Assembly: GCA_965238005.1 (NCBI GenBank)
Contig: OZ250165.1
Coordinates: 1,632,001-1,696,000 of the forward strand
From: Longimicrobiales bacterium
GTDB lineage: Bacteria; Gemmatimonadota; Gemmatimonadetes; Longimicrobiales; Gaopeijiaceae
Length of the DNA: 64,000 nt
Direction of reading: 5' to 3'
The translations under genes and the position numbers were made by a program. Of the stretch, positions 41,492 to 51,358 are shown piece after piece. The notes below the pieces were generated by a model. That model had not been told where the DNA came from. It ran no database searches and was given only the letters and a program-made list of their open reading frames with translations. Numbering within the stretch: position 1 is the stretch's first letter; the number at the start of each line of letters is the position of its first letter.

Positions 41492-42523
41492 GTGATGTCT
41501 GCTCTCAGCTCGTGCCTCGATTTCGCCCCTAATCTCGGTCGGCCCTGGGTAGGCGCTTTGGTCGTGCCACTGTTGTTGTCCGGTTGCTCTGGGGACACGA
41601 ACGGTGAGGCCGGGGCGACCCAGTCACAGTTGCTGAGATCCATCCGATCGCAGACCTACGCGTACAAGACCGTCGATGGGCTCCAGATCAAGGCAGATGT
41701 CCATCGCTTTGACGACGATGTGGCTCGTCCGGTGGTCATATGGATTCACGGCGGTGCGCTGATCATGGGCAACCGTGGAGGGGTGTTTGGCGTCACCGAG
41801 ATGATGCTGGAGGCCGGCTACGTGGTCGTGTCGATCGATTATCGTCTCGCGCCGGAGACGGGGCTCTCCTCCATCATCGAAGATCTAGAAGACGCGTTCG
41901 CTTGGGTGCGCACACAAGGGCGTGAGTTGTTCAATGCGGAAACGAGCAAGATCGCGGTAATGGGATCGTCGGCGGGTGGGTATCTGACACTCACAGCCGG
42001 ATTCCGCACCGAGCCCCGACCAACGGTCTTGGTCTCGTTCTGGGGCTACGGCGATCTTGTCGGAGACTGGTATAGCCAACCGAGCGAATATCCCCGACAC
42101 AATCAGAGAGCGATCTCGGCGGAGGAAGCCTATACGCAGGTCGGCGGACCGCCCATCTCGGACGCCCGTGATCGCGACGGGAATGGAGGGATCTTCTACA
42201 ACTACACCCGCCAGAACGGGCTTTGGCCGAGAGAGGTGTCCGGATGGGACCCGCACACGGAGACTGAGAAATTCTACCCTTTCATGGCTGTAAGGAACGT
42301 GACGGGTGACTATCCACCGACGATGCTCGTTCACGGGACCGACGACACTGATGTGCCGTACGAACAATCGCTGATGATGGCCTCGGAGCTTGAAGAGCAC
42401 GGTGTGTCCTACGAACTCGTCACGATTAGGGAAGCCGAGCACGGATTAGCAGGTGCGGACCCAGAACGCGTGGCCACTGTGTACGATGAGGCGTTGGCCT
42501 GGGTGAACCGATACATGCGTTAA
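41492..42523 (+). CDS. Alpha/beta hydrolase (HSL/BD-FAE-like esterase)
   Basis: HGGA, DYRLAPE, GSSAGG, HGTDD and AEHG motifs; LSGC lipobox. Confidence 0.9.
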   Translation: MMSALSSCLDFAPNLGRPWVGALVVPLLLSGCSGDTNGEAGATQSQLLRSIRSQTYAYKTVDGLQIKADVHRFDDDVARPVVIWIHGGALIMGNRGGVFGVTEMMLEAGYVVVSIDYRLAPETGLSSIIEDLEDAFAWVRTQGRELFNAETSKIAVMGSSAGGYLTLTAGFRTEPRPTVLVSFWGYGDLVGDWYSQPSEYPRHNQRAISAEEAYTQVGGPPISDARDRDGNGGIFYNYTRQNGLWPREVSGWDPHTETEKFYPFMAVRNVTGDYPPTMLVHGTDDTDVPYEQSLMMASELEEHGVSYELVTIREAEHGLAGADPERVATVYDEALAWVNRYMR

Positions 42524-42652
42524 AGAGACCCAATCAGCCGGTTCGTAGGCTGAGTTCGATCAACTGAAAGAGCGGGCTCCAACTGATGTCCGATCCCATC
42601 GTCCGCCTGAACACAGCCCTAGAAGGCCGCTACGCTATCGAGCGTGAGCTAG

Positions 42653-44253
42653 GAGTCTGCGCCGCAGAACCCTGCGGCGGCTATCTTTGGTGGTAGCGAA
42701 GGCATTGGGAAGGCTTGCGGATCACCGAGGGGGGTGAATGGGAACGACATTTCGACCGTACGATCCGGAGCAGATGTTGTTGCTGCCTCCGGATCTTCGG
42801 GAGTGGGTGTCGGAGGGTCATTTGGCGCACCATGTGAGCGACCTGGTGGACGCGGTGGAGCTGAGCGCGTTCTACGGGCGGTACCGGGGGGACGGGCGGC
42901 GCAACTCGCCGTACGACCCTCGGATGATGGTCAAGGTGCTGATCTACGCGTATGCGACGGGCACCTTCTCGTCGCGGAAGATGGCGAGGAAGCTGGAGGA
43001 GGATGTCGCGTTTCGGATGCTGGCGGCGGAGAACTTCCCGAAGCACCGGACGCTGTGCGAGTTCCGCAAGCGCCATCTCGGGGATTTCCGGGCGGTGTTT
43101 GTGGAGGTGGTGATGCTCGCGCGGGCCTTGGGGCTGGCGGGGCTTGGCAGGGTGTCGGTGGACGGGACGAAGGTTCGGGCGAACGCGAACAAGCGCAAGG
43201 CGATGAGCTACGGCCGGATGGTGACCGGGGAGCCTCGGCTGGAGGCGGAGATCCGGGGGCTGTTGGAGAGGGCCGAGGCGGTGGACGAAGCGGAAGACGA
43301 GCGCTACGGCGAGGAAGCATGCGGAGACGAGGTGCCGGAGGAGCTCAAGCGGCGCGAGGACCGGCTGGCGGCGATCCGGGAGGCGAAGGCGCGCCTGGAA
43401 GCCGAGCAGAGAGCGGCGGACGACGCACGGGGCCGCAAGCCGGGGCAGACGCGCAACCCGAAGGGCGGCAGGCCCTACAAGCGGGAGTACGGAGAGCCGG
43501 ACGAGGCGGCGCAGAGCAACTTCACGGACCCTGAGAGCCGGATCATGAAGACGAGTTCGGAGGGGTTCCAGCAGTGCTACAACGCACAGACGGTCGTGGA
43601 GGGGGAGAACCAGCTGGTGGTCGGGGCCGAGGTGACGGACAACGCGAGCGACCAGGGCCAGCTGGTGCCCATGGTCGACGCGGTGGCGCAAGCGTACGGC
43701 GAGACGCCGGCGCAGGTGCTGGCGGACACGGGCTATTGCAACGAGCGGGATCTCGAGGAACTGGAAGAGCGAGACATCGACGGGTATGTGGCGCTGGCCC
43801 GGGAGGGCAAGGCCGCCCCCACGGTTGACAAGGAGGAATATCCGGCGAAAGTCCGCATGGCGGAGAAGCTGGCGAGCGAAGATGGCCGCAGACGCTACGC
43901 ACGGCGAAAGTCGCAGGCCGAGGCGCCCATCGGCTGGATCAAGGAAGTGATGGGCTTTCGACGATTCAGCTTCCGGGGCCTCGAGAAGGTCCGGGCCGAG
44001 TGGACCCTCGTGTGCCTGGCACTCAATGTGAAGCGGCTGCACACCCTTCAGGCGGCATGACTGCACGAGGGTTCACCCGCATCTGCCGGCGCGAGGGCTC
44101 TCGTAGCTCTCTTGCCCCCCCAACGCATCCATTCCGCTCTCCCGATCCGTCGCAGACACAAGTCCTCAACCTCCCAATCACCCGGATCCGCCTCGCCGCG
44201 GACGGCTCGATGACCATTCGGCTCAGTCAGCTGTGCTTCTGCGGCGCAGAACC
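42653..44253 (+). mobile_element. IS1182-family element, copy 2
   Basis: CTAG duplications at 42649-42652 and 44254-44257. Confidence 0.92.
42738..44060 (+). CDS. IS1182-family transposase
   Basis: Same protein as 23936-25258. Confidence 0.93.
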   Translation: MGTTFRPYDPEQMLLLPPDLREWVSEGHLAHHVSDLVDAVELSAFYGRYRGDGRRNSPYDPRMMVKVLIYAYATGTFSSRKMARKLEEDVAFRMLAAENFPKHRTLCEFRKRHLGDFRAVFVEVVMLARALGLAGLGRVSVDGTKVRANANKRKAMSYGRMVTGEPRLEAEIRGLLERAEAVDEAEDERYGEEACGDEVPEELKRREDRLAAIREAKARLEAEQRAADDARGRKPGQTRNPKGGRPYKREYGEPDEAAQSNFTDPESRIMKTSSEGFQQCYNAQTVVEGENQLVVGAEVTDNASDQGQLVPMVDAVAQAYGETPAQVLADTGYCNERDLEELEERDIDGYVALAREGKAAPTVDKEEYPAKVRMAEKLASEDGRRRYARRKSQAEAPIGWIKEVMGFRRFSFRGLEKVRAEWTLVCLALNVKRLHTLQAA

Positions 44254-44348
44254 CTAGGTGAAGGCGGGATGGCTACGGTCTATCTGGCCGACGACCGACG
44301 CGATGAACGGAAAGTCGTGCTAAAGGTCCTCAAACGTGAGGAAAATCG

Positions 44349-44741
44349 GTGAGTACGGACGACGGCGGCGTTTGGGATCGTGCCCAGAAAGCCCTGGACG
44401 AGAGCTCGTCGCACATGGCCGAGCGGAGCGCCCTCAGGGTGCGACTCACGGCGTACATCGCTGAGCGGAGCGCCTGCGAGGCTAAGGGCACAGTCCCTCG
44501 CGGCGTTCGGAGACGGGGGGAGCGGCTCCTCGAGGAAGTCTCCGCTCTTGAGGAGCGCTTAGACCCGGTCGCCGATCGGATAGCAGAAGGAGACGCAGCC
44601 GTCCTCGTGGACGATGGAGCCACAAAAGCAACCGCCCCCACACGCCGCCTTGACACGGTGGGGGGAGAGGCTAAGCCTCCGCCTCCGCCACCTCCTTCGC
44701 CTCGAGTAACGCGTCCTCCGAGCCGAGGGTGTGGGGGTTGA
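44349..44741 (+). CDS. Hypothetical protein or fragment
   Basis: 130-aa ORF after a GAGG; helical N-part. Confidence 0.35.
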   Translation: MSTDDGGVWDRAQKALDESSSHMAERSALRVRLTAYIAERSACEAKGTVPRGVRRRGERLLEEVSALEERLDPVADRIAEGDAAVLVDDGATKATAPTRRLDTVGGEAKPPPPPPPSPRVTRPPSRGCGG

Positions 44742-44995
44742 GAAGGCGCTCGAAGTCCCGGCGAGGTCTGAGTAGCATCCACTCAGGAGGGCATATGTCG
44801 GGCAAAGCGATACGGGAGACACTTGGGTTCGTCGCAGTTCTCGCGGGACTGGTGCTCGTCAGGCTCTGCCCGAGTTGTCCTTAGAGATGATTCTGACTAT
44901 CGCCTGGGGAGGTCCTGCCAATCCGACCGCTTGGGGGGCAAGCTCTGCAAATCCCTCAGTGCCCCGTGTGCGTCGGCCCAGCCGCTCTCAGCTAA

Positions 44996-45547
44996 CTATT
45001 CGCAGTAAGACGCATCTTGGGGCTCAGGCGCAGGGAAATCGAAACTTCCGGTCACGGTTGCTCGCTCGCCCGAGCTGTTGCTCGCACTGAACTCGAAAGA
45101 ACCCCGAACCGGGTCCATCGAGCCGCCCAACGTTCCCTCAGGCAGCGATACAAGAGTGAGAGTTCCCTCAACCTGCCTGTTGAAGTAATCGACGGTCGAC
45201 CCCAGCTCTGCCCGTACCTCGAATTTGGTGCCAGTCTCGAACGGATTGACGTTCTCCAATGCGTATGTGCCTGCGTTTAGCGCACTCCCGATCGGGATCG
45301 TGAACGTGATGCCATTCTCACGGACGCCACGAGCGTCGGCAACAACCGAGTAACGGGGCAGCTTGACTACACGAGACTCATAGGCTGCGACGCAGAAGAA
45401 CGTCCCTGGGCCGGATAGTGCTGCCTCCCGATCCCCACTCACGCTGGCCACGAATCCTTCTTGCTGATAGCTGCCACCAGCGCCTTGCAGAAGCGTCATC
45501 GCGCCAAGAGCCGTTACAGCGACTGTGAGCAATGGAACCGGACGCAT
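44996..45547 (-). CDS. Secreted beta-rich hypothetical protein
   Basis: AAGGAG RBS; signal peptide; VRGSFEFSA..VTGSFDF. Confidence 0.7.
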   Translation of the reverse strand: MRPVPLLTVAVTALGAMTLLQGAGGSYQQEGFVASVSGDREAALSGPGTFFCVAAYESRVVKLPRYSVVADARGVRENGITFTIPIGSALNAGTYALENVNPFETGTKFEVRAELGSTVDYFNRQVEGTLTLVSLPEGTLGGSMDPVRGSFEFSASNSSGERATVTGSFDFPAPEPQDASYCE

Positions 45548-45825
45548 GTTTATCTCCTTCTCAACGTGCTACGGACCCGGTCCCCAAGGATGCGTGGAAC
45601 GCATCGTCGGGCCGCATCTCGCATGAGGGTTAGGCGCACCGCGCGGGGCGGGCTCGCATGGCAATGCCGGTGAAGCAACCAATCATCCGCTCATTGTGTT
45701 GTCAAACGACTTGGGCGCGGCGCTGGAGACGGTGGGCTTCGTGAGCGTGATCATCGTGTCGGGGATCTCCGCGCTGGGGCTGCCGTTCGTGCTGCTGTAG
45801 GCGCGTACACCGCAAGCGCAGCGCG

Positions 45826-45984
45826 TTAACGCCCCTCTAGGCCACGAGGACGCTCCAGCCTACCCAGGATACCCGAATAAAGCCCGAAGACGCTCAAAAC
45901 GTGTTTGCAGGCGTCTAACAGGCTTCTCCTTGCGCCTACCGGCCCGCTCTCGGATGTTGACCTCGATCTGATCCCGGAGTGCCC
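45826..45984 (+). promoter_or_regulatory. Kinase leader: hairpin, sigma70-like promoter and RBS (copy 9)
   Basis: AGACGC...GCGTCT stem; TTGCGC-N17-GATGTT; GGAG before GTG. Confidence 0.6.
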
Positions 45985-48744
45985 GTGTCCGATCCAGTTG
46001 TCCGCCTTAATGCCGCCTTAGAAGGTCGCTACTCCATCGAGCGTGAGTTGGGCACTGGTGGCATGGCCACGGTCTACCTCGCCGCCGACCTCAAGCACGA
46101 ACGCAAGGTGGCCCTCAAGGTCTTGAAGCCTGAATTGGCTGCAGTAGTCGGCGCCAAGCGGTTCCTCTCCGAGATCAAGGTCACCGCCAACCTGAATCAT
46201 CCGCACATCCTGCCTCTCCACGATTCCGGGGAAGCAGACAGCTTCCTCTTCTATGTGATGCCCTACGTCGAGGGCGAGTCGCTCAGGGACCGCATCGACC
46301 GCGAGAAGCAGCTTCCGGTGGATGAGGCCGTTCGGATTGCCACAGCTGTGGCCAACGCACTCGACCACGCCCATCGCCACAACGTCATCCACCGGGACAT
46401 CAAACCTGCCAACATCCTGCTCCAGGACGGCGAGCCAGTGGTCGCGGACTTCGGGATCGCGCTGGCTGTCGGAGCAGGAGGCGGCACCCGACTCACCAAG
46501 ACGGGAGCCAGCGTCGGCACGCCGCACTACATGAGCCCGGAGCAAGCGACGGGTGATCAGCGGGTGGGCGCTTCCACCGACACCTACGCGCTGGGGTCCG
46601 TGCTGTACGAGATGCTGGTGGGAGAGCCTCCCTATCCGGGCACGACCGCCCAGGCGGTCCTCGGCAAGATCATCCAGAGCAAACCCGTCTCGGCTTCGGA
46701 ACGGCGGCCATCGATTCCCGCGAACGTGGATGCGGCGATCCGTTGTGCGCTGGAGAAGCTCCCGGCGGATCGGTTCACTTCGGCGCAGGACTTCGTGAGG
46801 GCGCTGGGGGATGAGCACTTCCGGTACGGGGAAGAGGCAGCGGCAGGCGCAGGTGCCGCCTCGGGTCCGTGGAAGCGACTGAGCATTGGGCTCACGGGAC
46901 TCGCGACACTGCTCGCGGTGACCGTGGTCGTACTCACTTCGAGACCGCCCGAGCGGCTGACGCCCGAGGTGGTGCGCTTCAGCGTGCCGGTGGGTCGGGA
47001 CTCTGAAGTCTACTTGGGTGGATTCGACGCGTTTGTCGGGCCTCCCGCTTACACGTCACTGGCGTTCTCACCCGATGGGGACCTATTGGTCTATTCGGCC
47101 CGGGACGAGGACTCGTGGCAGCTGTACCAGCAGAGACTGGACCAGGAGAGTGCCGAGCCCATCGAAGGTACGGAGGGTGGCTTTGCCCCGTTCTTTTCGC
47201 CGGACGGTGCATGGATCTGTTTCTTCGACGGGTCGTCGTGGAAGCGAGTCTCACTGGCTGGCGGCAATGCGGAAACAATCGCCCCGGACATTGAGAGTCG
47301 GTTTCCTTATGGGGCGACATGGGGCGACGACGAGACGATCGTAGTTGCCGTTAGCGGTGCTAGCGATGCTCTGTACCAGGTAGCGGCTACCGGTGGGGAA
47401 CTGGAGTTGCTGGCCGAGGCAGACCCGCTGCCGGGCGAGTTTTTCGTCTACTCCCAGCCTCACATGCTACCGGGCAGCGAGGCACTCCTGTTCCAGGTCA
47501 TGCGATCTCGCGATCCGGAGCAAGCCGAGATCGTCGCGTTGGACCTCGCCACCGGAACGCAGAAGACGGTGCTGACCGACGCCATGGACCCGCGCTTTGT
47601 GGAGACGGGACATCTTCTCTTCATGCGCCAGGGCACGCTCATGGCCGTCGGGTTCGACCTCGAACGAGTCGAAGTACAAGGCCAGCCAGTGATCATGCTT
47701 GGGGGGGTCATGCACTCGCTGTTCATGCCGAATTCCAATTGGAATACGGGCGCCGCGCAGGTTGCCGTCTCGGCGTCCGGTCATCTCGCCTATGCGCTCG
47801 GTGGTGTCTATCCGGAGGTACCTAACATGGCCGTGCGCGTCACCAGTACCGGTGACACCATGCCTCTCGACATGGACAGACGTGAGTACGGCCGCTTTCG
47901 GGTTTCCCCCGAGGGCGACCGTCTCGCCTTTGCCGCCGGACCGGGACTGCATAAAGAGATCTGGGTGCACGATCTAATCCGAGGTGTGAGTCAGCGTCTG
48001 AACACCGGGGGCTTCGTCAATTTTTTAATGGAATGGAGCCCTGATGGCCGATCGATCGCTTTCAGCTCGGACCATGACCAGGCTCGAAGCAATCTGTATC
48101 GCCTCCCGGCGGACGGCAGCGGCGAGCCGGAGCGGTTGGCTCCTTCTGACCGAACTCAACAGATGTCATCGTGGTCTTCCGAGGGGGTCATCGCCTGGCT
48201 GGAGGCAGGCAACATCTGGCTGTTGCCGCCCGACGGTGCTCCGGCACCCTTCTTTACGTCGGAGGCAACTGAGAGGTACCCGACCTTTTCTCCCGACGGT
48301 CGGTGGCTTGCGTATACGTCGAACGAAAGCGGGCGGTTTGAAGTCTACGTGCGACCCTATCCAGGCCCGGAACCTGCGACGCTGATCTCCGGCGACGGCG
48401 GCTCGGATCCGGCTTGGTCGCCCGATGGTCGGCAGATCTACTACGCACAGCCTCCCGATCCGCCCTCCGTTTTGATGGCTGTCGACGTAGCCCCGGGGGA
48501 TGAGTTTCAGGCGGGTCGCCCGGTGCCACTCATCGATGGCTGGACTTTCCTACGGACCCCCGTGCGGGGCTACGATGTCTTCGCCGACGGCTCGTTTGTC
48601 ATCGCCGTGCAGGACGATGACAACAGCCAGACGGGCGGGGATGGACAGTCGATTGTCGCGAGGAGGCTCGAGCGGTTCGGGGCTACTGAGTTGCACGTCA
48701 TCCTCAACTGGTTCGAGGAACTCAAGGCACGGGTGCCCAATTGA
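45985..48744 (+). CDS. Ser/Thr protein kinase with TM helix and TolB-like (PD40) beta-propeller
   Basis: GTGGMATV, VALKVL, HRDIKPANI, DFG and YMSPE motifs; repeated (F/W)SPDG; GTG at 45985 after GGAG. Confidence 0.95.
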   Translation: MSDPVVRLNAALEGRYSIERELGTGGMATVYLAADLKHERKVALKVLKPELAAVVGAKRFLSEIKVTANLNHPHILPLHDSGEADSFLFYVMPYVEGESLRDRIDREKQLPVDEAVRIATAVANALDHAHRHNVIHRDIKPANILLQDGEPVVADFGIALAVGAGGGTRLTKTGASVGTPHYMSPEQATGDQRVGASTDTYALGSVLYEMLVGEPPYPGTTAQAVLGKIIQSKPVSASERRPSIPANVDAAIRCALEKLPADRFTSAQDFVRALGDEHFRYGEEAAAGAGAASGPWKRLSIGLTGLATLLAVTVVVLTSRPPERLTPEVVRFSVPVGRDSEVYLGGFDAFVGPPAYTSLAFSPDGDLLVYSARDEDSWQLYQQRLDQESAEPIEGTEGGFAPFFSPDGAWICFFDGSSWKRVSLAGGNAETIAPDIESRFPYGATWGDDETIVVAVSGASDALYQVAATGGELELLAEADPLPGEFFVYSQPHMLPGSEALLFQVMRSRDPEQAEIVALDLATGTQKTVLTDAMDPRFVETGHLLFMRQGTLMAVGFDLERVEVQGQPVIMLGGVMHSLFMPNSNWNTGAAQVAVSASGHLAYALGGVYPEVPNMAVRVTSTGDTMPLDMDRREYGRFRVSPEGDRLAFAAGPGLHKEIWVHDLIRGVSQRLNTGGFVNFLMEWSPDGRSIAFSSDHDQARSNLYRLPADGSGEPERLAPSDRTQQMSSWSSEGVIAWLEAGNIWLLPPDGAPAPFFTSEATERYPTFSPDGRWLAYTSNESGRFEVYVRPYPGPEPATLISGDGGSDPAWSPDGRQIYYAQPPDPPSVLMAVDVAPGDEFQAGRPVPLIDGWTFLRTPVRGYDVFADGSFVIAVQDDDNSQTGGDGQSIVARRLERFGATELHVILNWFEELKARVPN

Positions 48745-48805
48745 CCCGCCCGGTCCCCTGGCTTCGCGTCATGGTGGAAGGCGCGGTGATCGGGGGCAAA
48801 TTGGA

Positions 48806-48930
48806 GAACTAGCGGCCCTCGCATCAGCCCCATCCAGCCATCGCCCAACATCAGCATCACCCATAGCTTCAGAGCATGGGTATACCTCCTGGGGCAGCTT
48901 CGGGTTTAGCTCGGGCCGTTTCACTGCCGA
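48806..48930 (+). repeat. Kinase downstream repeat R
   Basis: CCAGCCATCGCCCAAC.TCAGCATCACCCATAGCTT...CTGGGGCAGCTTCGGGTTT. Confidence 0.8.
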
Positions 48931-49023
48931 CCCTGCCCCGTCCCCCTGTCACATTCGGGGCTCCTCATTCGTTTCCATGGGCGATGAGAACTCCTAGCCG
49001 GGACTGAAGTAACGGAGTAACCA

Positions 49024-49377
49024 ATGAGATCAGGTTGTGTCTTCGCGCTGGTGGCCGCGGTGGTAGTGGCGTGCGGTGACGGCCCGACCGGCCCTGAGAT
49101 GGGAACCGTCGAAGTGGAGGTGACTGCGTCAGGGGAAAGCATCGACATAGGCGGACTGGTCGTCAGTCTGGACGATGGCGCCCAGATCAAGGACCTCGAC
49201 GCCTCAGGCAGCGTCACCTTTGAGGTGGAGGCCGGCGATCACACCGTGGAGCTGACCGATATCGCCTCGAACTGCACGGTGGATGGCGACAACCCCGTCT
49301 CCGTGACGGTGACAGCGGAAGAGACCTCCACCGTGAGCTTCGCGCTTACCTGCGCGCCTATCCCTCCCCCAACCTAG
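49024..49377 (+). CDS. Small Ig-like lipoprotein
   Basis: VVAC lipobox; GDHTVELTDIASNCTV..NP...F.LTC. Confidence 0.8.
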   Translation: MRSGCVFALVAAVVVACGDGPTGPEMGTVEVEVTASGESIDIGGLVVSLDDGAQIKDLDASGSVTFEVEAGDHTVELTDIASNCTVDGDNPVSVTVTAEETSTVSFALTCAPIPPPT

Positions 49378-49671
49378 GCAGGAGTTCGAGGTGGAGACGG
49401 ATCAGCCAGGGGAGTGGCCGGTGCCGTTTTGTAGTGAGACGGTACGGCGGGTGGTGGTGGAGTAGCTTTCAGCTCTTTGGTTGTATCTCTATAAGGGAGA
49501 TGATGACGACCATCTTCAACGTGCCGACGAATCCACCGAGCGAGCCGTCCATCCGGCACGATGCCGGTGAGCAGCTTAGGGACGCAAGCCCGGTGCGTCA
49601 TCGCGCCTCCTGAACGAGAAGACGGCCACCTCCGAACGATGGGGGTGGCCGTCGCTCGAACTTCGATCCGT

Positions 49672-50922
49672 CTATTGCCTGGGATCGACCATCCTGCCCA
49701 TGAAGAGGATCGTCCCGGAGAGGCGCTCACGAATAGCGAAGAGGAACGGGCGGTCGATGACGAACGTCGCCGGCGCGCTTCTCTCATTGACTACGACGGA
49801 CGTGACGGCGGCCGCCTCGGTGCCTTCCTCGTTCACCTGGACAAACGTCTTGTGCTTCACCTCGCTGATGTAGAGATCACCCGCGGGGTTGATCTTGGTG
49901 AAATCGGCGGCTCCCGTGAAAGCAACGCCCATTCCCAGGGAAGTCAGCACGTCGTTCAGGCTGATCTCGTACTCGAACGAAAACTTCGGCATTACGACGA
50001 ACGCCTCGGTCTCGTGAAGATTCGCGATCCACAAGGCCCACCGTTCGGCGTCGAGCGCCCCGACCACCGATTGGAGCGAGACGTCAGGGTGCGGCAACAG
50101 CACCGTCATCGTGAATGCGTCCCCGCCGTACGGCATCTCGACAACGGATACCAGATCGTCCCAGGCCGTGCGTACGTCGGCTTTCTCCTTGTGAGACATC
50201 GTGGACGTCGTGATTTCGGTACCGTCGAGCAGCGTGAACGGAGCGTCTCGTGTCAGGTCCTTGTCGAACTGATGCCTCCAATTGCCCTTGAAGTAGACCG
50301 CGTTGATCAGGAACATGACGGTCAGGGGATCAATCGGATCGTCGACGATCTCCTCGATCCGTCTATTCGTACCATCGCTCACCCACTGGTTCATGACGTC
50401 TGCGGCACCGGGCGCGCTGAAATCCAGAGCTTCCACCTGAGCGTCGAAGAAGGTGCGGTTGATATCGAGGAATGAGGGTTCAACGAAGAAGCCCTCCCGG
50501 TACCAGATGGAATTGGCCAACTGCCACTCGATCTGAGGGTCCAGATCGAACAGCAAGTCGATGAGATCCCGGTAGCCCTGATTGACGTCGTCCAAGTTCA
50601 GGCCCTGGAACTCGAGCGTCTGAGCCATGGCCTGCTGCGTCTCGCCGGCGGCGCCGTTGTAGGTCATCCCGAGCGCCATGCTGACGCTAAGCGGCGACAC
50701 GAAGATGTTGGAGCCGGCAGCCTCCTGCGCATCGATCTCACGGAACAACTTCAATGCGAAAGCATTGTCCGCCTCGATCAGATTGAGCTCCGCCTGGCTC
50801 AAGCTTCGCGGCAACTCGGTGATGAGGGCCGGCAGTGAACCCGGTCCGGTGGGATCGCTAAAGCAACTGATGGCGATCAGTGTGATGAGGCCTACGAGCG
50901 GCAAACAAAGAACGGGTTTCAT
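49672..50922 (-). CDS. Serpin (lipoprotein)
   Basis: NIFVSPLS, NAVYFKGNW, VNEEGTEAAAVT and DRPFLFAI..ILFMG motifs; ATG at 50922. Confidence 0.95.
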   Translation of the reverse strand: MKPVLCLPLVGLITLIAISCFSDPTGPGSLPALITELPRSLSQAELNLIEADNAFALKLFREIDAQEAAGSNIFVSPLSVSMALGMTYNGAAGETQQAMAQTLEFQGLNLDDVNQGYRDLIDLLFDLDPQIEWQLANSIWYREGFFVEPSFLDINRTFFDAQVEALDFSAPGAADVMNQWVSDGTNRRIEEIVDDPIDPLTVMFLINAVYFKGNWRHQFDKDLTRDAPFTLLDGTEITTSTMSHKEKADVRTAWDDLVSVVEMPYGGDAFTMTVLLPHPDVSLQSVVGALDAERWALWIANLHETEAFVVMPKFSFEYEISLNDVLTSLGMGVAFTGAADFTKINPAGDLYISEVKHKTFVQVNEEGTEAAAVTSVVVNERSAPATFVIDRPFLFAIRERLSGTILFMGRMVDPRQ

Positions 50923-51034
50923 ATGACCTTCCGACCGAAGGTAGTCTCCTAGTCTAGGAAGAAACGCTCGAGGGCCAGCATTTGTGACAAGACGCTTACG
51001 CAGCTCGTACCGGGAGCGGTAACAATGGAGCCAC

Positions 51035-51130
51035 CGCATCGCCCGATCATCGCACCTAGCTTGAGGCGCTTGGGCATTTCATCCTGGGGCAGCTTCGGGT
51101 TTGGCTCAGTTCAGCCGCAGACTCGTACTC
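51035..51130 (+). repeat. Repeat R, diverged copy
   Basis: CTGGGGCAGCTTCGGGTTT shared with 48889; TTTGGCTCAGTTCAGCCGCAGACTCG shared with 62171. Confidence 0.75.
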
Positions 51131-51189
51131 CTTGGCTCGCGGTCCGATGCGAACCCTTCGGTGACACCCGCACGCTCACGACACTGACG

Positions 51190-51358
51190 GGGCCGGTGAA
51201 GACGTTCCGGGCAGGCTTCTTCGTAAGCGACCGAGTATCGATCGAACCGAGGATCGACTTCGATTACATCAAGCCTGAGGGTGGGGATGCTTTCACCAAC
51301 GTGGGCCTTTCGCTCGGTGGTCTCTTTCATTTCACTCCGGAGCGGGAGCGTTCTCAGA
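51190..51358 (+). pseudogene. Outer-membrane beta-barrel fragment
   Basis: FRAGFFVSDRVSIEPRIDFDYI..VGLSLGGLFHF with no start. Confidence 0.45.

Larger units (their letters stand above)
42555..44335 (+). pseudogene. Kinase 3' stub fused to kinase 5' stub (copy 8), split by IS1182
   Basis: FDQLKERAP..TGA overlapping ATG 42586; MSDPIVRLNTALEGRYAIEREL|GEGGMATVYLADDRRDERKVVLKVLK. Confidence 0.8.
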
